From assembly GCA_963827815.1 (NCBI GenBank), contig CAWHCL010000003.1, forward strand, positions 20,526-84,525: a stretch of DNA of 64,000 bases, written 5' to 3'. Origin of the DNA: an uncultured Verrucomicrobiae bacterium. Its GTDB lineage: Bacteria > Verrucomicrobiota > Verrucomicrobiia > Limisphaerales > UBA11358. The translations under genes and the position numbers were made by a program. Below are positions 1 through 8,181 of the stretch, piece by piece (the stretch's first letter is position 1; every line of letters starts with the position of its first letter). Under the pieces are notes generated by a model. That model was not told the DNA's origin. It ran no database searches and worked only from the letters and a program-made list of their open reading frames with translations.

Positions 1-1337
1 ATGGACACGCTCATTTCGTGGTTCACGTCCAGCAATTCGGTTTCTTTGTTCCAGACCGCGTGCGCGCCCAGCGCCGTGATTTTTTGGATGACCTCCGCCA
101 CCAGTTCTGGATGGCGTTTCCGCAGCCGCCGATTTTCCTCGATAAAGCTGAAATCAATTCCCGGATTATAGCCGATCATCCGGTAGGCGTTTATCAGTGT
201 GCCGAAGCGATGACTAAAGGCCGTGCTCGATGGCAGGTCTTCCGCTGCGTCAATCAGGATGCCCGAAATGCGTCCGTGTTTCAGCAACACGGCGCGCAGA
301 TGTTCCAGCATCTCTTCATTGGTATATTTTCGGCTGCGGGCCAGAATGATTTCCTGCGCCTTCAGGAATAATTCTGGTTCGATGATGCCCGCGAAAACGC
401 CGTTCGCTCGCACCCATTCGGACGGCGGATTATTGACATGCTTCTTTTTCAGTTTGCACGAAGTCCGGGAATAGACGTTGTTCCCGATGTATTTTTCGCT
501 GGTCAGCACTTGATGCACTGTCCCCCGGTTCCAAGCTCGCCCGTAGTCCGTCAAGATGCCTTGCGCGTTCAATCCGGCGGCAATCTCGGATTCAAATTTC
601 ACGTCGGTGACGAACTCATGGTAAATCCGCCGCACGATGGCAACCTCCTCGTCCGGCCCGGCCACCAGCACCACGCGGTCGGTCTGGATGCTCTTTTGTT
701 CACCCATTTTCAACTCACCCTTTTTCACGCCGTTCGCGTCCACCAAAACCCGGCGCAAACCGTAGCCCGCCGCGCCGCCCTGCCGAAATCCAAGTTTCAC
801 CAACCGGCACGCGCCTTGATAAACCTTCGTCGAAAGTTCCCGGCTGTATTCGCCCGCCATCGTCCGCTTGATGCCCTTGATGATGGTGGAGATCGGGCTG
901 CCGTCATTTTCAAATTGTTCCGCGCAGTAGTGAACCGCCACGCCCGCCTGTTTGCAGATGTATTCGTAATAGGCGCTTTCGTCGGCATCCTGAAATCGGC
1001 CCCACCGGCTCACGTCATAAACCAGAATGGATTTGTAATGCGCCTTGCCCTCAAGCACATCACGGATCATTTGTTCCAGCGAACCCCGGCCTTTGATGTT
1101 TAGACCACTTTTCCCGTCATCCGAATATTCTTTGACAATTTCCTGCCCGCGTTTTTTGGCATACTCGCGGATCACATCCATCTGGTTGCTCGTGGAATAT
1201 TGCTGATGTTCCGTGGACATCCGCACATACACCGCCGCGCTGTTCAACCACTCGTCGGGGTTGGCACCGTGCTTCCGGTGGGGTTGGAACGGGTTGTCGT
1301 CGGCCGATGACGGATCATTGGGAACATCGTTGCTCAT
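1..1337 (-). CDS. large serine recombinase, C-terminal end beyond left window edge
   Basis: Own minus-strand translation; it is missing from the ORF track because it is open at the window edge. ATG at 1337 follows GGAAGG. AAVYVRMSTEHQQYSTSNQMDVIREYAKKRGQEIVKEYSDDGKSG, LVYDVSRWGRF and IKRTMAGEYSRELS form a resolvase-type catalytic region, followed by a long recombinase-domain-like part. Confidence 0.85.
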   Translation of the reverse strand, partial: MSNDVPNDPSSADDNPFQPHRKHGANPDEWLNSAAVYVRMSTEHQQYSTSNQMDVIREYAKKRGQEIVKEYSDDGKSGLNIKGRGSLEQMIRDVLEGKAHYKSILVYDVSRWGRFQDADESAYYEYICKQAGVAVHYCAEQFENDGSPISTIIKGIKRTMAGEYSRELSTKVYQGACRLVKLGFRQGGAAGYGLRRVLVDANGVKKGELKMGEQKSIQTDRVVLVAGPDEEVAIVRRIYHEFVTDVKFESEIAAGLNAQGILTDYGRAWNRGTVHQVLTSEKYIGNNVYSRTSCKLKKKHVNNPPSEWVRANGVFAGIIEPELFLKAQEIILARSRKYTNEEMLEHLRAVLLKHGRISGILIDAAEDLPSSTAFSHRFGTLINAYRMIGYNPGIDFSFIEENRRLRKRHPELVAEVIQKITALGAHAVWNKETELLDVNHEMSVS

Positions 1338-1511
1338 GCCTTCCCGCCACCTTTCGCCCCATCCGAATAATCTCTTTACGATTATCAGACCGCGCCGCTT
1401 GGCATATTTGCGAATCACGGCCATCTGCCGAACAACCGAAAACTGCGGATGCTTTGACGACCGGCGCGCGTAGGCGGCGGCACGCTTTGGCTTTGGTGAC
1501 TCATGGCTCAT
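1338..1511 (-). pseudogene. degenerate partial duplicate of the serine-recombinase 5' region, lying in frame upstream of the ATG at 1337
   Basis: AAAYARRSSKHPQFSVVRQMAVIRKYAKRRGLIIVK parallels AAVYVRMSTEHQQYSTSNQMDVIREYAKKRGQEIVK. The nucleotide alignment is clear and shows a 1-nt indel near its end. Confidence 0.5.
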
Positions 1512-1617
1512 GTTGTGTGCTGACGGTTGTATTTTATGACTTCGCAATGGTTTCCGGCCAAAAGCTGGAAAGCATTCTTCCATGATGGCAGAAGGGTGCG
1601 AGCAGCGACGATGAAAA

Positions 1618-1902
1618 CTATGTAGCGCAATTTAGCTTCGGTGAAATAAGGGGAATTGTGCGCTTCCAGTAGAACGGATGCAGCTTGCGCCAAGCTCGGA
1701 CTCGCTCCACTTCAGCCACTCCGCCCCATAATTTCCAAGTCCTCGGTTTTGCCAGCCATTGTTTATGGCTGAAAATCTTGCTGGCTTTGCGGCAAGGTGC
1801 CCGCTTGCAGAATCGTTGGTGATGGTGATTGCGGGGATCGGTGGCAAACAATTTTTTGCAGCATCGGCATTTTCGTTGATGGTGTTTCATAAAAAACACC
1901 AC
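1618..1902 (-). CDS. small Cys4 zinc-ribbon-like protein, paralog of 9612-9941
   Basis: ORF track. KCRCCKKLF..DPR....QRFC.R.PCRK.SK aligns with the 9612 ORF at roughly half identity by eye. Confidence 0.55.
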   Translation of the reverse strand: MVFFMKHHQRKCRCCKKLFATDPRNHHHQRFCKRAPCRKASKIFSHKQWLAKPRTWKLWGGVAEVERVRAWRKLHPFYWKRTIPLISPKLNCAT

Positions 1903-1945
1903 CGAAAACTGCTATGCTGGCACAACTAAAAACTAAAATGCGAGG

Positions 1946-3253
1946 TCAGGCGGATTTATCTGATTTCTGCTGGACCGGTTCAAAATTCATTCGCCCGGCC
2001 ATTGCTTTGCGATGCTCGTTGGCCAGATGCCCATAAACCTTTCCAATCAGGACGCCGCCATCTTTGTGTCCCACCCAGGCAGCTATCGTCATAAAATCAA
2101 TGCCACTCATGACGCCCATTGAAATAAAATGATGCCGGCAATCGTGAAATCCAAAGCTCGGCAGTTTGGCGCGCTCGCGAACCAGTACCAACGATTCACG
2201 AAATGTCTTTGCCGGAATGTCCTTTTCGCCTCGCTGGGGTGAGGGGAAAAGCCATTGCGAGGCGTCGTGTGACCGTGCCTTCATATCGAGAAGGTGCGCC
2301 TTCAGCTTCGGATTGAAATCCACCACGCGCGCATCGCGGTTCTTGAGGTCTTCGATTCCGCGCTCGGTGATCTGTCGGCGGATGAAAAGTTGGTTGTTTC
2401 CGAAATCAACATCCTCCCAGCGTATGCCGAGGGCTTCGTTGCGGCGTGCGCCGCTATAGGCGAGCACCCTGATGTAATCCACAAATTCCTGCGCATTTTC
2501 AGTGACCGGAACATCGCCACCCTGTTTATTCTGCTTCGTTTCAAACGCAGCCTGGCAAAGTTTGTCCAGATCAGCCGCCGTGAACAATGAGCGTTTCTTG
2601 GTGCTGGTCTTGAGCGGTCGCAACCCTTCCATTGGCAACCGCTGGACCAGTCCATCGGACAGGGCGCGCTTGAAAACGACCCGCAGCACAATCACATCCA
2701 AGTTGATGGTTCGCGGTGACACGTTTTCCTTGAGGCGAGATTCAATAAACCGATTGACGTGAACCCGCTTGATCTGGTCGAGACGCAACCCGCCGATATA
2801 ATTATTCCAGCGTTTCAGGAGCGCTTTTTCTTTCGCCACCGTTCCCAGCTTTTTGGTTCCCTGACCACTGCCGATAAAATCCAGATAACGCGCCGAGTAT
2901 TCGTTAAACTTCGGCGTTCGTGCCAGCGTCGGCAGCGTGTTGTCTGACCGTTGCGTCTGCAACCGATTCAACTCGGCCACAGCCTGTGCCACGGTTTGCA
3001 CCGGTTTACCCTCCTTGGTGACCAAAGGCACGCGCTGGTTCTTTTTAATGCCGGTGAGGGGATTCTCAACATTCAGCCGGGCATAATAGCGCGTGCCACG
3101 AATCCACAGTCCGCGAATCGGTTGCTTGCGCCCATCCAATACTTTTGCGAAAGTAGCGCCATGAGCTTGGCGCTTTTCACAATTTTGGTCATTGCTAGTG
3201 GCATCACTTGCCTTCATGCCATAACAGTGGCACAAATAGTGGCACAACGTCAA
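1946..3253 (-). CDS. tyrosine recombinase / phage-type integrase (start possibly at 3217)
   Basis: C-terminal ARRNEALGIRWEDV ... HDCRHHFIS ... WVGHKDGGVLIGKVYGHL matches the R..HxxR..Y catalytic pattern. It lies adjacent to a tRNA. Confidence 0.9.
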   Translation of the reverse strand: MTLCHYLCHCYGMKASDATSNDQNCEKRQAHGATFAKVLDGRKQPIRGLWIRGTRYYARLNVENPLTGIKKNQRVPLVTKEGKPVQTVAQAVAELNRLQTQRSDNTLPTLARTPKFNEYSARYLDFIGSGQGTKKLGTVAKEKALLKRWNNYIGGLRLDQIKRVHVNRFIESRLKENVSPRTINLDVIVLRVVFKRALSDGLVQRLPMEGLRPLKTSTKKRSLFTAADLDKLCQAAFETKQNKQGGDVPVTENAQEFVDYIRVLAYSGARRNEALGIRWEDVDFGNNQLFIRRQITERGIEDLKNRDARVVDFNPKLKAHLLDMKARSHDASQWLFPSPQRGEKDIPAKTFRESLVLVRERAKLPSFGFHDCRHHFISMGVMSGIDFMTIAAWVGHKDGGVLIGKVYGHLANEHRKAMAGRMNFEPVQQKSDKSA

Positions 3254-3297
3254 GTATGGAGTGGTAGCACAATCGTAAGTCGTTGTTAATCAAGGTT

Positions 3298-3385
3298 GCC
3301 GGTGTGGCGAAATGGCAGACGCACAGGACTTAAAATCCTGGGACCGTAAAAAGTCGTGTGGGTTCGAGTCCCACCACCGGCACCA
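3298..3385 (+). tRNA. tRNA-Leu, anticodon UAA, long variable arm, encoded CCA
   Basis: Acceptor GCCGGTG/CACCGGC. Anticodon arm CAGGA-CTTAAAA-TCCTG. T arm GTGGGTTCGAGTCCCAC. Discriminator A followed by CCA. Confidence 0.9.
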
Positions 3386-3445
3386 ATCTCTATATCATCA
3401 ATAGATACGGTAGTTTTACAATTTTTGAGCAGAACGCAGTTGCGT

Positions 3446-3474
3446 CTGCATAACGGTACTGCATAACGTATCTG
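3446..3474 (+). promoter_or_regulatory. candidate integrase arm-type binding site (left arm): CTGCATAACGGTACTGCATAACGTATCTG
   Basis: The doubled GCATAACG motif matches 23585-23613 at 25 of 29 positions in the same orientation, and lies about 60 nt inside the island end. Confidence 0.45.
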
Positions 3475-3980
3475 TCCGTGTTGTTGGTATCGTTTGCGTC
3501 TCTTCCTGTTTTTTACCAACCGCAATCCTCCGGCTCAATGGTTAGGCAAGAGTTATGCAAGGGTGTGGTGAAAGTGGGGAAGGAGTGTGGTGTTCTGGCG
3601 GCCGGGCGACGTTGGGACGGTTGCACAAGAATTATACAACAGTGTGGTGGATTGGCTGAAAGGGTGGGTGGAACTGATGCAGGGCTTCGGCGATCCAGAA
3701 AATGGCATTCGAGGGAGTGTTCACCAAGAGTATACCAAAAGTGCACCATTTTATTGAACCGGGATCGAAAACATGGTGCCAAGGTCGGTAAAGGTTCGGT
3801 AAAAGATTGGTGGGGCGGGAAGTGGCGGGCGAAAAGGACGGATTCCAAAGGACCGTGACCTTTGGCGCGGTCTGGTGTGCGTAACTCCAGCGCAGGGGTT
3901 TGGGGACGGCGCAAGTCCCCAATGGCAATGGCTGCGCGGCTGACGACCATCAAAGGCGTCAGCCGCGAAAATTTTTAGGG

Positions 3981-4005
3981 CGCACGGTGGCGAGCCGTGC
4001 GCCGT
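3981..4005 (-). terminator. hairpin GGCGCACGG-loop-CCGTGCGCC downstream of the 4011 gene
   Basis: Perfect 9-bp GC stem a few nt after the stop codon, followed on the minus strand by CTAAAAATTTTC. Confidence 0.45.
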
Positions 4006-4010
4006 GTCGG

Positions 4011-4432
4011 TCAATCTTCGTCGGGCATCATCACGGTGATGGCGGGTTGCGCGTCGGAAATGTCCATTGCGCTGCAAGTGGCGATCAACTTCACCAGCTT
4101 GGCGCGGGTGTTGTCGTTGCGGACATACATGGCGACGGGGATGCGGGTGCAAGTTGCACCTCCCTCTTCACCTGGGCGGGCACGGATGATTCCGAAACGG
4201 GTCATCCAAACGACATCCCAAAGGCGTCCGGCTTCGTCTTGGCCGGTCACGTCCGGCGGCACGGTGACGTAGGCTTCCCAAACTGCGCGGGTCAGGAACA
4301 TCGGGAATTTGATTCCGGCTTCCTGCGCGGTCTTGGTCACGTCCACTTGCACGCCATCGGCGACGGCATGTTTGCGGGTGTAGGAATAAATGACTTCGCC
4401 AAAAGTGCGATTCGGTGTTGGTTCGTGTTCAT
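4011..4432 (-). CDS. conserved hypothetical protein of mobile elements (FGEVIYSYTRKHAVADGVQVDVT motif, DUF6573-like from memory); the only ATG is in another frame
   Basis: ORF track 4011-4352 plus own upstream reading. The conserved-looking frame is open back to a TGA with no ATG/GTG/TTG before the motif. The ATG at 4432 is offset by one frame. Confidence 0.5.
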
Positions 4433-4479
4433 GGTATCTGGTTGGAAGTGGGGCACGCTGTCACCGCGCCCCGTTGTTG

Positions 4480-4961
4480 TCAGGCGGCGACTGCCTCGGT
4501 GGTCTGCGGCTTGGCCGCACGGCGGATGCGCGCCGGATAATAGCTCGAATACTTTTCGTGCGGGTCGTAGGCGCTGCTCAAGCGGAACTGGCCGCAAGGG
4601 TGCTGCCATGCCTGACGCTCACGATTCCAATGGAAACCAAGCTGCGCCAACTGCTGCCGAATCTCGGCGGCGGGCGTTTCCTTGAATGTCACCCAAACCC
4701 ACTTGCCGACTACCTCGGCCAAACGGTAAATGTCCGGCGCACTGGTCAACAAAAGGTTCAACACCTTCGGTGTGGGCAATGTGCGGTTTTTCTTCCGCGC
4801 TTCCGTGTCAATCGGCAGGCGATTGTCCGGCTTGTCCGTGCCGGACTGGCCTACTGCTGCGCTGGCGCAACTGCGCCCGCTGCTTCCGGTGTGTTTGTGC
4901 TGCTCAACTGTGCGGATTTGCTCTTGAGCCCGATCTGATTTTTTTGTGATGTAGTTTTCAT
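4480..4961 (-). CDS. hypothetical protein with C-terminal GKWVWVTF...LGFHWNRERQAWQH domain; the ATG at 4961 is out of frame, across an A7 run
   Basis: The C-terminal roughly 90 aa of the ORF look protein-like. The N-terminal part of the long ORF looks non-coding. ATG AAA ACT ACA TCA CAA AAA AAT reaches the long frame by a -1 shift at 4939-4945. Confidence 0.45.
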
Positions 4962-5688
4962 ATGCTTTTTTTTCTGCTCTGCTGTGCGTCTTTTGTCCGT
5001 CGCCCTTCACGAAAAAGCGGAGCCGCCAGCCCTCCCCCGTGGAAGTGCTCTTCAGAAGGTCGCCACGAGTGGGCGGGCTGGTCTTTCGGCGACGCCGTGA
5101 GGGCGATGGAGAAAAGCGCAGGAGCAGAAAAAGCCGGCATTGAAAACGAAGCTGCCGACACAAAAAACTTTGTTTTGACTATTCGAGCGGAGCGAGCTGA
5201 CTGAAGGGAAAGGGGGAGATTACGAACGGGTGCAGCGCGGGCTGCTGTTAGGCCGCAGTCTTATGCTTTCTGACTCTACCATACAAAATCCTCAATAATC
5301 TCATGAGCAACCAAATGACACAAACCGCACCGCAAACCGTCAAAATATACGTTGGAATCATCAACTTGTGATACAGTGTCCAGTCTCAATGTAGAATAAC
5401 TTTGCCAGCAGCGTCATGCAGAATTGAACCGTCTGGACCAACAAACGGACGAGCGGCGGGGGAATAGGCCGGAATGAACCCCGACGCTAAAAGGAATGAT
5501 AAGACAGCAACCCAAATCAGAGCCTTTGTTGACGGTGCTTTCACTGTGGCCTACCAGATAATGGACGGCTGGCTTTGCAGGTTATCCTGTTTCATGATTC
5601 TGAAATTATGCGTGTGCTGTTTGCGTGTCCAGAATTGTTTCGAGCGGAGCGAGCCAATTGACTTCCCCTGGCTGCATGAGAGGCGGAG

Positions 5689-5965
5689 CGGCGGAATTGG
5701 CATGAAGGATGCCTGCGAACTGGCGCGGTGCGTGCCGCACTGGCCTTCAGTGCGCCGACCGAGCGCGAGGGTCGGGAAGCACGCAGCGTGACAGTGAAGC
5801 AGCGGGCTGGCACACAACGGCACATTGTCTGACCTTAATTCCGCGCCGAAGGGTCCCGCTGGCGGGGAGTGTCGGCGCGAAAAGAATTAAGGTGGGAGGA
5901 ACGACCGAACGGACAATGTGTGTTGTGTGCCGCACCGGAAGCACTCCTTCATGCCAATTCCGCCG
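5689..5965. repeat. 277-nt branched imperfect palindrome (candidate structured RNA or DNA cruciform)
   Basis: Outer 21-nt perfect inverted repeat 5689-5709 / 5945-5965. Inner arms 5809-5829 / 5912-5931, 5833-5841 / 5884-5892 and 5842-5849 / 5872-5879. Local hairpins lie in the 99-nt left bulge. Confidence 0.6.
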
Positions 5966-6187
5966 CGTAGCCGATGGGTGCATTTACGGCGCAGTCGCGG
6001 TAGCGCGAAGCCATCGAATCCGAGTCCCCGCCGATGGAACGCAGCGGAATGCTGGCCGGATTTGGGGCGACCAGGGGAATCCGAGACAGCAGGCCGCGGA
6101 GTCCAGCGACGGGGTCTCGGACTAATCAGTTTTTCCAGCGGGGTCGGCCAATTTCGCAAGCGCAGCCTGCGGAGCGCCGCGAAAGTT

Positions 6188-6364
6188 GGACCGTCCCCGC
6201 GACTATTGCGGTCGTCTTGGCCGGGCGAAGCCTCGCGGCCTTATTGCTCGTCCTCGGCGATAGGCGGAGCCTCGCGCCGTATTGCTATGTCTTGCCCGTG
6301 CGAAGCATCGCGGGCTATTGCTTGCTGGCCGGACGTAGTCTCGCGGCCATTTTTGTCTTCGGGG
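6188..6364. repeat. five tandem degenerate repeats of about 35 nt, consensus near GCGAAGCNTCGCGGNCTATTGCTNGTCTTGGCC
   Basis: Units read by eye start at 6188, 6223, 6259, 6298 and 6331. Each has a small GCGA-NNNN-TCGC hairpin followed by a TATTGC motif. Confidence 0.6.
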
Positions 6365-7051
6365 GCGCACGATTTATTTCCTGACTGTCTCGCCAGTTTG
6401 CGGCCGTCGAAACGAATGAGCGGAAGCCAGGCATGGAGCCAGTGAATTTTGTGGCGGAATGCAGGGCTGGAGCGATTGGAGTGAAGCGGGTGCAAAGCTG
6501 GCGAGTCAGTCATCGTGCGCGGGCGGAACCGTGCCGATACTTGGCACGAGTGCAAGTGTCGGCTCGGTGAAGCCAGGGTGCGTGCCGCACTTGCCATTAT
6601 GCCGAGGAGCGAAGCGACGAGGTTGTATTGCCTGACACCGCGCCTGAAAATCATCCGCCAACATTTCACGGTTGGAATGCGCGAATGATATTCAAACACC
6701 TGAAGGCGTCCAACGCACGCGCGGTGTAGCGAAAGGCACGCCGAGGATGGCATCCGTAAACCATAGATGGCGTGCCGGTGCCCGCCAGCAGACCGCGTCA
6801 GCGGGCTGCGAGGGCATGAGCGTCAGGCATCCGCGCGTGCGCCCGCATGGTTCGTAAATGGAAACCGTGAATTGTTGTCGCGGTCCGTGCCGGACTGGCC
6901 ATCTGAGCGCGTAGTGGGTCAGGGAACGAAGCGCGAACTAACATTCTGTTGAGCAACGCGAACTAACTTTGTCTTTGAAGGGCGAACGAGGTCCAAGGCG
7001 CATTGTATGCCGCTTGTGTCTTTGCAACATTTCAGGTAATCGTTTTTCACC

Positions 7052-7987
7052 ATGCGGCGCCTCGACTCACGTTTTTGCACTTTGCTGAACAAATGGATGG
7101 CTTACATCTTCCTTGCTTTCATGTGGGGTATAACTATAAAAGCCTACGCGGAAGGGAACCACAGGGTTGACCTCCTGCATTACATTCTCCCCCCGGTTTC
7201 AGTCCTCATCTTGTGGTGGCTTTCGACTTTTAAGCAGGTCACACTTGACGGAGATACCTTGGTCATTCGTGGTTTTATACGAGAGGCGCGTGTTCCTGTG
7301 TCGCAGATCGAGCGCATTGGCAAACATCGCGGAGCCAAAGACCCTGATTTTATTACCATCTTTTTTAAGACCGAGACGGAGTTTGGGCGTCGTGTCCGTA
7401 TAATGACCGGAATCCGTTCGGACAGAGGGATTGACCAGATCGCCAAAATGTTGCAACGCGCAATGGGTGGGAAAGATGTTGGACCGAAAATCATTCAAGC
7501 TCCGCGTGAACTGGCGACGATTTCAGATCCAGCGAGTGGGAAAGAAGTAGTCGTGCGTGGGTGGACCAATGAAGAATTGTCGGGAATCCTGACTGATTTC
7601 GACGATTTGTCTGGTGACGATCTAGGTCCACACTTTGATTGCGAAGTCCATGCACGCGAAAATGGTTCCATCCGCATCACGTTTCCGCACGATATTCCTG
7701 CGCAGCAATTTTCATTTTTAATCAACTATTTGCAGTATCCCAAAAATTATGACCTTAAAGGGCGTTCCGTCTCGGTAGTCGGCAAAGCGATTATTTCTCC
7801 AAAATTCAAGCCGCCAAGCAAAAGCCTGATAGGCCAGACCGGCACTTTCTATATTCCAAAAGATGATCAAGCCTTTGATCTGGTTTATGTCCGTGTCGGA
7901 GACGAGACATTCGAGAATTCATTTGCTGCGCTTCATTGGAAGCGAGTGGCGGACTCGCGTATTCCACCTGATTTGGAAATCAAATAA
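7052..7987 (+). CDS. hypothetical membrane protein: two N-terminal TM helices, a PH-like segment and an unknown C-terminal domain
   Basis: ORF track. Hydrophobic N-terminus, then VTLDGDTLVIRGF...ITIFFK. Visibly AT-richer than its neighbours. Confidence 0.65.
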   Translation: MRRLDSRFCTLLNKWMAYIFLAFMWGITIKAYAEGNHRVDLLHYILPPVSVLILWWLSTFKQVTLDGDTLVIRGFIREARVPVSQIERIGKHRGAKDPDFITIFFKTETEFGRRVRIMTGIRSDRGIDQIAKMLQRAMGGKDVGPKIIQAPRELATISDPASGKEVVVRGWTNEELSGILTDFDDLSGDDLGPHFDCEVHARENGSIRITFPHDIPAQQFSFLINYLQYPKNYDLKGRSVSVVGKAIISPKFKPPSKSLIGQTGTFYIPKDDQAFDLVYVRVGDETFENSFAALHWKRVADSRIPPDLEIK

Positions 7988-8030
7988 TGAATTTTGAGCC
8001 TCCTCACGTCGGCTACTACGAAAATTGAAC

Positions 8031-8181
8031 TGGCTGGCATGGGCGTATCTACCAACTGACCGACTTCAGACACCGTCAACTCTCTCGGAACTAACACTGT
8101 CTGCTACCGTCAACCGACACTCACGCTCATACCAGCCAATGCACACTCGTCCCCTTTTCCAATCTGTCAAGTGGCTGTGTT
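8031..8181. repeat. 151-nt direct repeat, copy A
   Basis: Matches 10532-10682 with 3 mismatches, by hand alignment. Confidence 0.85.

Larger units (their letters stand above)
1..3253. mobile_element. right-hand end of an integrative element (serine recombinase, Zn-ribbon protein, tyrosine integrase) abutting the 5' side of tRNA-Leu; left boundary outside window
   Basis: Three mobility-type genes in a row on the minus strand, ending 45 nt before the tRNA. Confidence 0.4.

Noticed and set aside
3513-3953. 146-aa minus-strand ORF and overlapping ORFs in the island's left end
   Set aside because: These are mutually overlapping ORFs in several frames with P/R/S-rich composition, no motifs and no ribosome-binding sites. 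The region is better described as ORF-poor DNA.
5689-5965. Retron msr/msd locus
   Set aside because: The long inverted repeats resemble an msd hairpin, but no reverse transcriptase gene is visible anywhere in the window. It is kept only as a generic structured-element finding.
6188-6364. Possible CRISPR array
   Set aside because: The units are contiguous degenerate repeats without unique spacers, the repeat sequence is not conserved exactly, and no cas genes are present in the window.
8031-8181. The 151-nt repeat as a tRNA or tRNA fragment
   Set aside because: Only a 12-nt D-arm-like match (TCAGTTGGTAGA on the minus strand) is present. The flanking bases do not form D, anticodon or acceptor stems.
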